A stretch of 64,000 bases of DNA from Centroscyllium fabricii (Eukaryota), in the NCBI GenBank assembly GCA_051313645.2, contig JBNRSN020000011.1, forward strand, positions 930,001 through 994,000, in the 5' to 3' direction. Within the stretch, counting starts at the first letter, position 1; each line of letters begins with the position of its first letter. Shown here in pieces: positions 1 to 11,500 of this stretch. A program made the translations under genes and the position numbers. The notes below the pieces were generated by a model, which was given only the letters and a program-made list of their open reading frames with translations, had not been told where the DNA came from and made no database searches.

Positions 1-193
1 AAAAAACAAGGTGCTTCCTAGAAACTTTAAAAAAACAAGGTGCTTCCTAGAAACTTAAAAAAAACAAGGTGCTTCCTAGAAACTTAAAAAAAACAAGGTG
101 CTTCCTAGAAACTTAAAAAAACAAGGTGCTTCCTAGAAACTTAAAAAAAACAAGGTGCTTCCTAGAAACTTAAAAAAAACAAGGTGCTTCCTA
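1..193. repeat. 29-bp tandem minisatellite, 7 visible copies (A-run + CAAGGTGCTTCCTAGAAACTT), truncated by window start
   Basis: CAAGGTGCTTCCTA starts at 7, 36, 65, 94, 122, 151 and 180. Units differ only in A/T run length. Confidence 0.95.
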
Positions 194-431
194 CCCGATA
201 TTCTTTGTCCTGAGGCCGATTCTGTGCTTTGTGCGGGGGGGAAAGCCGACCTCAGTGGGCGTGGCCTGCTCACAACCTACGCACAAAGCACCACGCACCA
301 AAAAAACCCAGACCCCTACGCAGGAAAAAAAAACGGCATTTTCCACAGGAAATTGCCATCAGAAAAAAAATTAAAATTACGTGCGCGTGCGCCGCGGGTG
401 CACGTGAGCGCGCACCCGCAGCAATCGGGCC
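194..431. mobile_element. Possible terminal part of a non-autonomous DNA element (MITE-like)
   Basis: CpG-rich segment ending CCCGCAGCAATCGGGCC (415-431), resembling the right end CCCCGCAAAATCCGGGCC of the element at 52063-52789. The other end is not visible. Confidence 0.3.
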
Positions 432-540
432 ACAGGAAAACAGGGCCCATTTGTAAATTGAATCGTTTTCCAGTGGCTTGTTACAGGGAGTGGGGGCACT
501 GTTGGGCCCCCGGGTGACAGTCTCTGTCTTGAATGGAAGG

Positions 541-774
541 TTGTAAGAAGTCACACAACACCAGGTTATAGTCCAACAGTTTTATTTGAAATCACAAGCT
601 TTTGGAGTGCTGCTCCTTCCTCAGGTGAAGTGACGAGATGAATCTCGTCACTTCACCTGAGGAAGGAGCAGCGCTCCGACAGCTTGTGATTTCAAATAAA
701 ACTGTCGGACTATAACCTGGTGTTGTGTGACTTCTTACAATTGTCCACCCCAGTCCAACACCGGCACCTCCACA
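541..774. mobile_element. Penelope-like element terminal fragment (pLTR) in inverted configuration, with ~14-bp target-site duplication
   Basis: Arms 541-639 and 642-740 are near-perfect reverse complements, followed by a 34-bp extension. TCTTGAATGGAAGG is duplicated at 527-540 and 775-788. Sequence matches the shark Penelope terminus as I recall it (GGACTATAACCTGGTGTTGTGTGA...CCCCAGTCCAACACCGGCA). Confidence 0.85.
653..689 (+). ncRNA. Degenerate minimal hammerhead ribozyme of Penelope type (mirror copy on - strand at ~592-628)
   Basis: TCAC-CTGAGGA-A-GGAGC-AGC-GCTCC-GACA-GCTT-GTGA gives stem I TCAC/GTGA, CUGANGA box and stem II GGAGC/GCTCC. The GAAA box reads GACA on + and AAAA on the - copy. 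Confidence 0.7.
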
Positions 775-914
775 TCTTGAATGGAAGGGTAACTGATTCA
801 GGACGGTAAATGTGGAAATTGCAGCTTATTGAGCTACAGCATGTAATAATATCCTGACAATAGCTTGTGGACAGAATTCACTGGTGGCTGGTGGACAGGT
901 AGAAGGAATGATTA

Positions 915-1464
915 AAAGCGCTAATGCAATGTTGGTCTTTATCTCAGAGGGTTGGAATACAAAGAGGTGGAAATTATGTTGCAGATACAAAGCTCTGGCT
1001 AGACTCCATTTCGAGTAATGCGCTCAGTTCTGGGCACCGCACATTAGGAAGGATATAATGGCCTTGGAGGGGGTGCAGTGTAGATTCACCTGAATGATAG
1101 TGGGGCTATAAGGGCTAAATTATAAGGGCAGGCAGCATTGACCAAGTTTGTATTCCTTCAAGTATAGAAGATTAAAGGGTGATCTAATTCAGGTGTTTAA
1201 TATGGTTAAAGAGTTGATAGGGTAGATAGAGAAATAACTTTCTCCTGTGGGGAGAGTCCAGAACAAGGTGCATAACCTTAAAGTTGGAGCTTGGCCGTTC
1301 AGGGGTGATGTCAGGAAGCACTTCTTCATCAGAAGGTAGTGGAAATCTGGAACTCTTTCCCCCAAAAGCTGTTGAGGCTGGGGGTCAACTGAAAATGTCA
1401 AAACTGAGATGAATAGATTTTTGTTAGACAAGGGTATTAAGGTTTACGGAACCAAGGAGGTAAA
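915..1464 (+). mobile_element. Decayed CR1 LINE, 3' part of ORF2
   Basis: CR1 C-terminal motifs (CAGTTCTGGGCACCG = QFWAP; AGGAAGGATATAATGGCCTTGGAGGGGGTGCAG = RKDIMALEGVQ; ATCTGGAACTCT) with stops and indels. Similar to 49100-49650 and 54500-55050. Confidence 0.85.
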
Positions 1465-1592
1465 AACATAGAAATATAGAAGATAGGAGCAGGAGTAGGC
1501 CATTCGGCCCTTCGAGCCTGCTCCACCATTCAATGAGATAATGGCTGATCATCCAAACCCAGCACCCCGCCCCTGCCCTCCCCCCATATCCC
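1465..1592 (-). mobile_element. CR1 LINE 3' UTR/tail fragment fused to the HE1 SINE
   Basis: Reverse strand reads GATCAGCCAT...GGAGCAGGCTCGAAGGGCCGAATGGCCTACTCCTGCTCCTATCTTCTAT..., the same tail type as the insert at 17934-18168. Confidence 0.85.
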
Positions 1593-1854
1593 TATCGAGC
1601 CTACACCGACACATATCCCACCCTATCCCCGTAACCCCACATATTCAACCCCCCTAACACTAAGGGTCAATTTATCATGGCCAATCAACCTAACCCGCAC
1701 ATCTTTGGACTGTGGGAGGAAACCGGAGCACCCGGAGGAAACCCACGCAGACACGGGGAGAATGTGCAAACTCCACACAGATAGTACCTGAGGCTGGATT
1801 TGAACCCGGGTCTCCAGAGCTGTGAGGCAACAGTGCTAACCACTGTGCCACCGT
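1593..1854 (-). mobile_element. HE1-type tRNA-derived SINE (V-SINE) of elasmobranchs
   Basis: Minus strand carries Pol III A box GGTGGCACAGTGG (~1840-1852), B box GGTTCAAATCC (1796-1806) and the V-domain GTGGAGTTTGCACATTCTCCCCGTGTCTGCGTGGGTTTCCTCCGGGTGCTCCGGTTTCCTCCCACAGTCCAAAGA. Confidence 0.92.
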
Positions 1855-1868
1855 AGATGTGGGAGCAC

Positions 1869-2026
1869 CTTTTTTTTTTTTATTCGTTGATGGGATGTGG
1901 GCGTCGCTGGCTGGCTAGGCCTGCATTTAGTGCCCATCCCTAATTGCCCTCGATAAGATGGTGGCAAGCCGCCGCCTTGAACCGCTGCATTCCAGATGGT
2001 GTAGGTACACCCACAATGTTGCGTAG
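1869..2026 (-). mobile_element. 3' end of a CR1/L2-group LINE with poly(A) tail
   Basis: Reverse complement of GGGCAATTAGGGATGGGC...CCAGCGACGCCCACATCCC...GAATAAAAAA. Same family as 2053-2176, 51497-51597 and 55705-55820. Confidence 0.8.
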
Positions 2027-2052
2027 CGGTTGTTTACAACTGAGTGGCTTCA

Positions 2053-2176
2053 CCACACGGACTGCAGCGGACCAGGAAGCAGCTCACCACCACCTTCTCG
2101 AGGGCAATTAGGGATGGGCAATAAATGCTGGCCTTGCCAGCGACGCCCACATCCCGTAAATGAATGGGAAAAAAAG
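2053..2176 (+). mobile_element. 3' end of the same CR1/L2-group LINE, opposite orientation
   Basis: GGACTGCAGCGG...GCTCACCACCACCTTCTCGAGGGCAATTAG (AHHHLLEGN*), then UTR and A-tail. Confidence 0.8.
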
Positions 2177-2373
2177 GTACATATCAGCCGTGACCTAGTT
2201 GAAACCCGGGTGACGGGCTCTATCTTGAATGTAAAGGTAATTGATTCAAGTAAAGCCAAGTATATGCGGATCTTACAGCTGAGTAAGAGTGGAAACTGCA
2301 ATAATAGCTTGACAAATGTTATGTAAAGACAATACCGATTGACTAATGCAGCTTGGTTTTGTTTTACGCACAG

Positions 2374-2540
2374 ATAAGAGGGTGTACATGACTGTAGCAG
2401 TGGACTTGGTAATCACTGAGGTGGTAGAGCCAGTCCGGTTTCAGTTGGAAACGGTGGTCCGTGTGTATCCAACCAATGAGAGATTCTGGTACTTCAGCAG
2501 AAAAACCTTCACAGAAGCGTTCTACATGAAGCTGAAACAG
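2374..2540 (+). CDS. RABGAP1L: Internal coding exon of Rab GTPase-activating protein 1-like (region N-terminal to the TBC domain)
   Basis: Branch-like GACTAAT, acceptor TTTTGTTTTACGCACAG| and donor CAG|GTACGG. 167 bp, phase 1 to phase 0. Encodes (D)[55 protein letters not shown], matching my recollection of vertebrate RABGAP1L ([47 protein letters not shown]) better than paralog RABGAP1. Confidence 0.93.
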
Positions 2541-5500
2541 GTACGGGTTTCAAGAAGAAAAAAGACACCTTATCTCGGGATTGTAGAAAGGAAGCACTTT
2601 CTGATTGGCAGCAACATTGACACCTAACTACCTGTAGCCTGATTTGAGAGTCACAATTCCGCATACAATGTCTCAGTTGCAGTTGGGTTTCTGAGCCATA
2701 AACCCTCTACCCTGGCACTGGGAGCTAAATCTTCCACCCTGGCACTGGGCGATGTATCCTCCACCCTGGCACTGGGAGATCAATCCTCTACCCTGGCACT
2801 GGAAGATAAATCTCCTCCCCTGACACTGGGAGATCAATCCTCTCCCCTGGCACTGGGAGATCAATTCCCTCCCCTGGTACTGGGAAATAAATCCCTTCCC
2901 CTGGCATGGGAGATCAATCCTCTACCCTGGCACTGGGAGATCAATCATCTATCCTGGCACTGAGAGATGTATTCTCCACCCTGGCACTGGGAGATCAATC
3001 CTCTACCCTGGCACTGGGAGATAAATCTCCTCCCCTGACACTGGGAGATCAATCACCCACCATGGCACTGGGAGAGAAATCCCCTCCCCTGGCACTGGGA
3101 GATAAATCCCCTCCCCTGGCACTGGGCGATCAATCCCCTACCCTGGCACTGGGAGATCAATTCCCTACCCTGGCACTGGGAGATCAATCTCCTACCCTAG
3201 CACTGGGGGATCAATCCCCTGTCCTGGCACTGGGAGATCAATCCCCTAGCCTGGCACTGGCCGATAACTCACCTAGCCTGGCACTGGCTGATAAATCCCC
3301 TAGCCTGGCACTGGCCGATAAATCCCCTAGCCTGGCACTGGCCGATAAATCCCCTACCCTGGCACTGTGGGATAAATCCCCAACCCTGGTGCTGGGAGAT
3401 AAATCCCCATCTCTGGCACTGGGGGATAAATCCCCATCTCTGGCACAGGGGGATAAATTCCCTACCCTGGCGCTGGGAGATAAATCCCCATCCCTGGCAC
3501 TGGGGGATAAATCCCCATCCCTGGCACTGGGGGATAAATCCCCATCCCTGGCACTGGCCGATATATCCCCTACCCTCGCACTGGCCGATAAATCCACTCC
3601 CCTGGCACTGGGGGATAAATCCCCATGCCTGGGGCAGGGAGAAAAATCCCCAAATCCGGCACTGAGGGATATATCCCCTACCCTGGCACTGGCTGATATA
3701 TACCCTGCCCTGGCGCTGGGGGATAAATCCCCTACCCAGGCACTGACCGATAAATTCCCTACCCTGGCATTGGGAGATAAATCTCCTATCTGGTCTCTGG
3801 GAGATAAATCCCCTACCCTGGCACTGGGTGATAAATCACCTACCCAGGCTCTGGCCGATAAATTCCCTCCCCTGGCACTGGGAGATAAATTCTCTTCCCT
3901 GGCACTGGGCGATCAATCCCCTCCCCTGGCACTGGGAGATCAATCCCCTCCCCTGGCACTGGGAGATCAATCCCCTACCCTGGCACTGGGAGATCAATCC
4001 CCTACCCTGGCACTGGGAGATCAATCCCCTACCCTGGCACTGGGAGATCAATCTCCTACCCTAGCACTGGGGGATCAATCCCCTGTCCTGGCACTGGGAG
4101 ATCAATCCCCTAGCCTGGCACTGGCCGATAAATCCCCTACCCTGGCACTGTGGGATAAATCCCCAACCCTGGTGCTGGGAGATAAATCCCCATCTCTGGC
4201 ACTGGGGGATAAATCCCCATCTCTGGCACAGGGGGATAAATTCCCTACCCTGGCGCTGGGAGATAAATCCCCATCCCTGGCACTGGGGGATAAATCCCCA
4301 TCCCTGGCACTGGCCGATATATCCCCTACCCTCGCACTGGCCGATAACTCCACTCCCCTGGCACTGGGGGATAAATCCCCATGCCTGGGGCAGGGAGAAA
4401 AATCCCCAAATCCGGCACTGAGGGATATATCCCCTACCCTGGCACTGGCTGATATATACCCTGCCCTGGCACTGGGAGATAAATTCCCTACCCTGGCATT
4501 GGGAGATAAATCTCCTATCTGGTCTCTGGGAGATAAATCCCCTACCCTGGCACTGGGTGATAAATCACCTACCCAGGCTCTGGCCGATAAATTCCCTCCC
4601 CTGGCACTGGGAGATAAATTCCCTTCCCTGGCACTGGGCGATCAATCCCCTCCCCTGGTATTGGGAAATAAATACCCCTCCCCTGGCATGGGAGATCAAT
4701 CCTCTACCCTGGCACTGGGAGGTCATTCATCTACCCTGGCCACTGGGAGGTCATTCATCTACCCTGGCCACTGGGAGATGTATTCTCCACCCTGGCACTG
4801 GGAGATCATTCCTCTACCCTGGCAGTGGGAGATAAATCTCCTCCCCTGACACTGGGAGATAAATCCCCCACCCTGGCCCTGGGAGATAAATACCCCACCC
4901 CGGCACTGGCCGATAAATCCCCTACCCTGGCGCTGGGAGATAAATCCCCATCCCTGGCACTGGGGAATAAATCCCCATCTCTGGCACTGGGGGATAAATC
5001 GCCTCCCCTGGCACTGGCCGATAAATCCCCTGCCCTGGCACTGGCCGATAAATCCACTCCCCTGGCACTGGGGGATAAATCCCCATGCCTGGGGCAGGGA
5101 GAAAAATCCCCATATCTGGCACTGAGGGATATATCCCCTACCCTGGCACTGGCTGATATATACCCTGCCCTGGTGCTGGGAGATAAATCGCCTGCCCCGG
5201 CACTGGGAGATAAATCCCTTACTCTGGCACTGGGGGATAAATCCCCTACCCAGGCACTTACCGATAAATTCCCTACCCTGGCATTGGGACATAAATCTCC
5301 TATCCTGTCTCTGGGAGATCAATCCCCTCCCCTGGCACTGGGATATAAATCCCCTCCCCTGGCACTGGGAGATCAATCCCCTCCCCTGGTACTGGGAAAT
5401 AAATACCCTCCCCTGGCATGGGAGATCAATCCTCTACCCTGGCACTGGGAGATCAATCATCTACCCTGGCCACTGGGAGATGTATTCTCCACCCTGGCAC

Positions 5501-8500
5501 TGGGAGATCAATCCTCTACCCTGGCAGTGGGAGATAAATCTCCTCCCCTGACACAGGGAGATCTATCCCCCACCCTGGCACTGGGTGATAAATCCCCCAC
5601 CCTGGCCCTGGGAGATACATTCCCTCCCCTGGCACTGGGAGATCAATCCGCTCCACTGGCACTGGAAGATCAATCCCCTACCCTGGCACAGGGAGATCAA
5701 TCCCTTACTCTGGCACTAGCCGATAAATCCCCTCCCCTGGCACTGGCCGATAAATCCCCTACGCTGGCACTGGGAGATAAATCCCCTACCCTGGCACTGG
5801 GAGATAAATCCCCTACCCTGGCACTGGGAGATAAATCCCCTACCCTGGCACTGGGAGATAAATCACCTACCCTGGCACTGGGAGATAAATCACCTACCCT
5901 GGCACTGGGAGATAAATCACCTACCCTGGCACTGGGAGATAAATCACCTACCCTGGCACTGGGAGGTAAATCTCCTACCCTGTCTCTGGGAGATAGATCC
6001 CCTACCCTGGCACCGGGAGATGAATCCCCTACCCTGTCTCTGGGAGATAGATCCCCTACCCTGGCACCGGCAGATATATCCCCTACCCTGGCACTGGGCG
6101 ATAAATCCCCTCCACTGGCAATGGGGGATCCATCCACACCCCTGGCACTGGGGGAATAAATCCCCATCCCTGGGGTAGGGAGAAAAATCCCCTACTCCGG
6201 CACTGGGGGATAAATCGCCTACCCTGGCACTGGCTGATATATCCCCTGCCCTGGCACTGGGAGATAAATCCCCTCCCTTGGAATGGGAGATCAATCCTTG
6301 ACCCTGGCACTGCAGAGATCAATCATCTACCCTGGCACTGGGAGATGTATTCTCCACCCTGGCACTGGGAGAATAATCCTCTATCCTGGCACTGGGAGAT
6401 AAATCTCCTCCCCTGACACTGGGAGAGCAATCCCCCACCATGGCACTGGGAGATAAATCCCCTCCCCTGGCACTGGGAGATCAATCCAGTCCACTGGCAC
6501 AGGGAGATCAATCTCCTACCCTGGCACTGGGATATCAATCTCCTACCCTGGCACTGGGAGATCAATCCCCTACCCTGGCACTGGGTGATCAATCCCCTAG
6601 CCTGGCGCTGGCCGATAAATCCCCTAGCCTGGCACTGGCCGATAAATCCCCTACCCTGGCACTGGGGGATAAATCCCCTACCCTGGCACTGGGGGATAAA
6701 TCCCCTACCCTGGCACTGGCGGATAAATCCCCTACCCTGGCATTGGGGGGATAAATCCCCTACCCTGGCACTGGGAGATAAATCCCCATCCCTGGCACTG
6801 GGAGATAAATCAGCTACTCTGGCACTGGGGGATAAATCCCCTCACCTGGCACTGGCTGATAAATCCCCTACCCTGGCAATGGCCGATAAATCCCCTACCC
6901 TGGCATTGGTCGATAAATCCCCTACCCTGGCACTGGCCGATAAATCCACTCCCCTGGCACTGGGGGATAAATCCCCATCCCTGGGGCAGGGAGAAAAATC
7001 CTCTAATCCGGCACTGAGGGATAAATCCCCTACGCTGGCACTGGCTGATATATACCCTGCCCTGGCGCTGGGAGATAAATCGCCTGCCCCGGAACGGACC
7101 GATAAATTCCCCACCCTGGCACTGGGAAATAAATCCTCTCTCCTGGTACTGGGAAATAAATACCCTCCCCTGGCATGGGAGATCAGTCCTCTACCCTGGC
7201 ACTGGGAGAGCAATCATCTACCCCGGCACTGGGAGATGTATTCTCCACCCTGGCACTGGGAGATCAATCCTCCACCCTGGCAGTGGGAGATCAATCTCCC
7301 CCCCTGACACTGGGAGAGCAATCTCCCACCCTGGCACTGGGAGATAAATCCCCCACCCTGGCACTGGGAGATAAATCCCCCACCCTCGCCCTGGGAGATA
7401 AATACCCCACCCTGGCACTGGGAGATCAATCAGCTCCACTGGCACTGGGAGATCAATCCCCTACCCTGGCAAAGGGAGATCAATCACTTACTCTGGCACT
7501 GGACGATAAATCCCCTACCCTGGCACTGGGAGATCAATCGCCACTCCCCCCCCCCCCCCGGCACTGGGAGATCAATCCCCTACCCTGGCAGTGGGCGATC
7601 AATCCCCTACCCTGGCACTGGGAGATCAATCGTCTACCCTGGCAGTGGGCGATCAATCCCCTACCCTGGCACTGGGAGATCAATCCCCTACCCTGGCACT
7701 GGGAGATCAATCCCCTACCCTTGCACTGGGAGTTCAATCCCCTACCCTGGCACTGGGAGATAAATTCCCTACCCTGGCACTGGGAGATAAATTCCCTACC
7801 CTGGCACTGGGAGATCAATTCCCCACCCTGGCACTGGGCGATCAATCCCCTACCCTGGCACTGGGCGATCAATCCCCTACCCTGGCACTGGGCGATCAAT
7901 CCCCTACCCTGACACTGGGTGATCAATCCCCTACCCTGGCACTGGGAGATCACTCCCCTACCCTGGCACTGGGCGATAAATCGCCTGCCCTGACACTGGG
8001 CGATAAATCCCCAAACCTGGTTCTGGGGGATAAATGCCCTACCCTGGCACTGTGGATATATCCCCTACTCTGGCACTGGGAGATAAATCCTCTAACCTGA
8101 GACTGGGAAATAAATCTCCTACCCTGTACCTGGGAGATAATTCCCCTCGCCTGGCACTGGGAGTGCAACCCCCTACCCTGGCACTGGGCGATTAATTCCC
8201 TACCCTGGGGCTGGGAGATCAGTCCCCTACCCTGGCACTGGGAGATAAATACCCTACCCTGGCACTTGGGGATAAATCCCCATCCCTGGAGTAGTAAGAA
8301 AAATCCCCTACTCCGTGACTGGGGGATAAATTCCCTACACTGGCACAGGCTGATATATCCCCTGCCCTGGCGCTGGGAGATAAATCCCCTCCCCTGGAAT
8401 GGGAGATCAATCATCTACCCTGGCACTGGGAGATGTATTCTCCACCCTGGCACTGGGAGAATAATCCTCTACCCTGGCACTGGGAGATAAATCTCCTCCC

Positions 8501-11500
8501 CTGGCACTGGGAGATAAATCACCAACCCTGACTCTGGGAGATAAATCCCCTACCCTGGCACTGGGAGATGAATCGCCTACCCTGCCACTGGGAGACCAAT
8601 CCCCTAGCCTGGCGCTGTGAAATAAATCGCCTCCCATGACACTGGGAGATCAATCCCCATCCATGACACTGGGAGATCAATTCCCTGCACTGGCACTGGG
8701 AGATCAATTCCCTACCCTGGCACTGGAGGATCAATTCCCTACCCTGGCGCTGTGAGATAATTCCCATCCTCTGACACTGGGAGATCGATCCCCTCCCATG
8801 ACACTGGGAGATCAATCCCTTCCCCCGGCACTGGGAGATGAATCCCCTTCTCTGGCACTGGGGTTAAATCCCCTACCCTGGCACTAGGAGATAAATCTCC
8901 TGCCCTGGAACTGGGAGATAAATTCCCTCCCCTAGCACTGGGGGATAAATGCCCTCATCTGGCACTGGGATATCAACCACCTATGCTGGCATTGGAGATA
9001 AATCGCCTACCCTGGCACTGGGAGATAAATCCCCTACCCTCTCTGGGAGATAATTTCCCTCCCCTGTCTCTGGGAGATAATTTCCCTACCCTGGCACTGG
9101 GAGATAAATCCACTCGCCTGGCACTGGGAGATCAACCACCTACCCTGTCACTGGGCGATCAATCCCCTACCCTGGCACTGGAAGATTAATCCCCGACCCT
9201 GGCACTGGAAGATTAATCCCCTACCCTGGCACTGGGGATAAATCCCCTACCCTGGCACTGGGGGATAAATCCCCTACCCTGGCACTGGGAGATAAATCCC
9301 CTACCCTGGAACTGGGAGATAAATCCCCTCCCCTGGCACTGGGGGATAAATGCCCTTGCCTGACACTGGGAGATCAACCCCCTGTGCTGGCACTGGGCGA
9401 TAAATCCCCTACCCTGGCACTGGGAAATAAATCCCCTACCCTGACGCTGGGCGATAAATCCCCTACCCTGGCACTGAGATGAATCCCCTACCCTAGCACT
9501 GGGAGATAAATCCCTTACCCTCTCTGGGAGATAATTTCCCTTCCCTGTCTCTGGGAGATAAATCCCCTCGTCTGGCACTGGGAGATAAATCCCCTCGTCT
9601 GGCACTGGGAGATCAATCCCCTACCCTGGCAGTGGGCGATCAATCCCCTACCCTGGCACTGCCTGATAAATCCCCTACTCTGGCACTGGGGGGTAATTCT
9701 CCTCCCCTGGCACTGGCCAATAAATCCCCTACCCTGGCACTGGAAGATTAATCCCCTACACTGGCACTGGGAGATAAATCGCCAACCCTGACTCTGGGAG
9801 ATAAATCGCCAACCCTGGCACTGGGAGATCAATTCCCCACCCTGGCACTGGGAGATCAATTCCCCACCCTGGCACTGGGAGATCAATTCCCCACCCTGGC
9901 ACTGGGAGATCAATTCCCCACCCTGGCACTGGGAGATCAATTCCCCACCCTGGCACTGGGAGATCAATTCCCCACCCTGGCACTGGGAGATCAATTCCCC
10001 ACCCTGGCACTGGGAGATCAATTCCCCACCCTGGCACTGGGAGATCAATTCCCCACCCTGGCACTGGGAGATCAATTCCCCACCCTGGCACTGGGAGATC
10101 AATTCCCCACCCTGGCACTGGGAGATCAATTCCCCACCCTGGCACTGGGAGATCAATTCCCCACCCTGGCACTGGGAGATCAATTCCCCACCCTGGCACT
10201 GGGAGATCAATTCCCCACCCTGGCACTGGGAGATCAATTCCCCACCCTGGCACTGGGAGATCAATTCCCCACCCTGGCACTGGGAGATCAATTCCCCACC
10301 CTGGCACTGGGAGATCAATTCCCCACCCTGGCACTGGGAGATCAATTCCCCACCCTGGCACTGGGAGATCAATTCACCACCCTGGCACTGGGAGATCAAT
10401 TCACCACCCTGGCACTGGGAGATCAATTCACCACCCCGGCACTGGGAGATCAATTCACCACCCTGGCACTTGGAGATAAATCACCAACCCTGACTCTGGG
10501 AGATAATTTCCCTCCCCTGTCTCTGGGAGATAATTTCCCTACCCTGGCACTGGGAGATCAACCCCCTACCCTGGCACTGGATGATTAATCCCCTACCCTG
10601 GCACTGGAAGATTAATCCCCTACCCTGGCACTGGGAGATAAATCCCCCACCCTGGCACTGAGATAAATCCCCAACCCTGGCACAGAGATAAATCCCCCTA
10701 CCCTGGCACTGGGAATAAATCTCCTACCCTGGCATTGGGGATAAATCCCCTACCCTGTCACTGGGCGATCAATCCCCTACCCTGGCACTGGAAGATTAAT
10801 CCCCTACCCTGGCACTGGAAGATAAATCCCCTACCCTGGCACTGGGGATAAATCCCCTACCCTGGCACTGGGAGATAAATCCCCTACCCTGGAACTGGGA
10901 GATAAATCCCCTCCCCTGGCACTGGGGGATAAATGCCCTCGCCTGACACTGGGAGATCAACCCCCTGTGCTGGCACTGGCCGATAAATCCCCTACCCTGG
11001 CGCTGGGAAATAAATCCCCTACCCTGACGTTGGGCGATAAATCCCCTAGCCTGGCACTGAGATAAATCCCCTACCCTAGCACTGGGAGATAAATCCCTTA
11101 CCCTCTCTGGGAGATAATTTCCATTCCCTGTCTCTGGAAGATAATTTCCCTACCCTGGCACTGGGAGATCAATCCCCTCGTCTGGCACTGGAAGATCAAT
11201 CCCCTACCCTGGCAGTGGGTGATCAATCCCCTACCCTGGCACTGGGAGATCAATCCCCTACCCTGGCACTGGGAGATCAATCCCCTAACCTGGCACTGGG
11301 AGATAAATTCACAACCCTGGCACTGGCCGATCAATCCCCTACCCTGGCACGGGGCGATCAATCCCCTACCCTGGCACTGGGTGATCAATCCCCTACCCTG
11401 GCACGGGGCAATCAATCCCCTACCCTGGCACTGGGTGATCAATCCCCTACCCTGGCACTGGGCGATCAATCCCCTACCTTGGCTCTGGGCGATCAATCCC

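Noticed and set aside
155-554. ORFs 155-517, 229-456 and 270-554
   Set aside because: They start in or overlap repeat-derived sequence and show no recognisable domain.
1780-1854. tRNA gene
   Set aside because: The A/B boxes are the head of an HE1 SINE, followed by its V-domain.
2346-2627. 93-aa ORF as a standalone gene
   Set aside because: Only 2374-2540 matches RABGAP1L and it is bounded by canonical splice sites; the flanking residues are intron.
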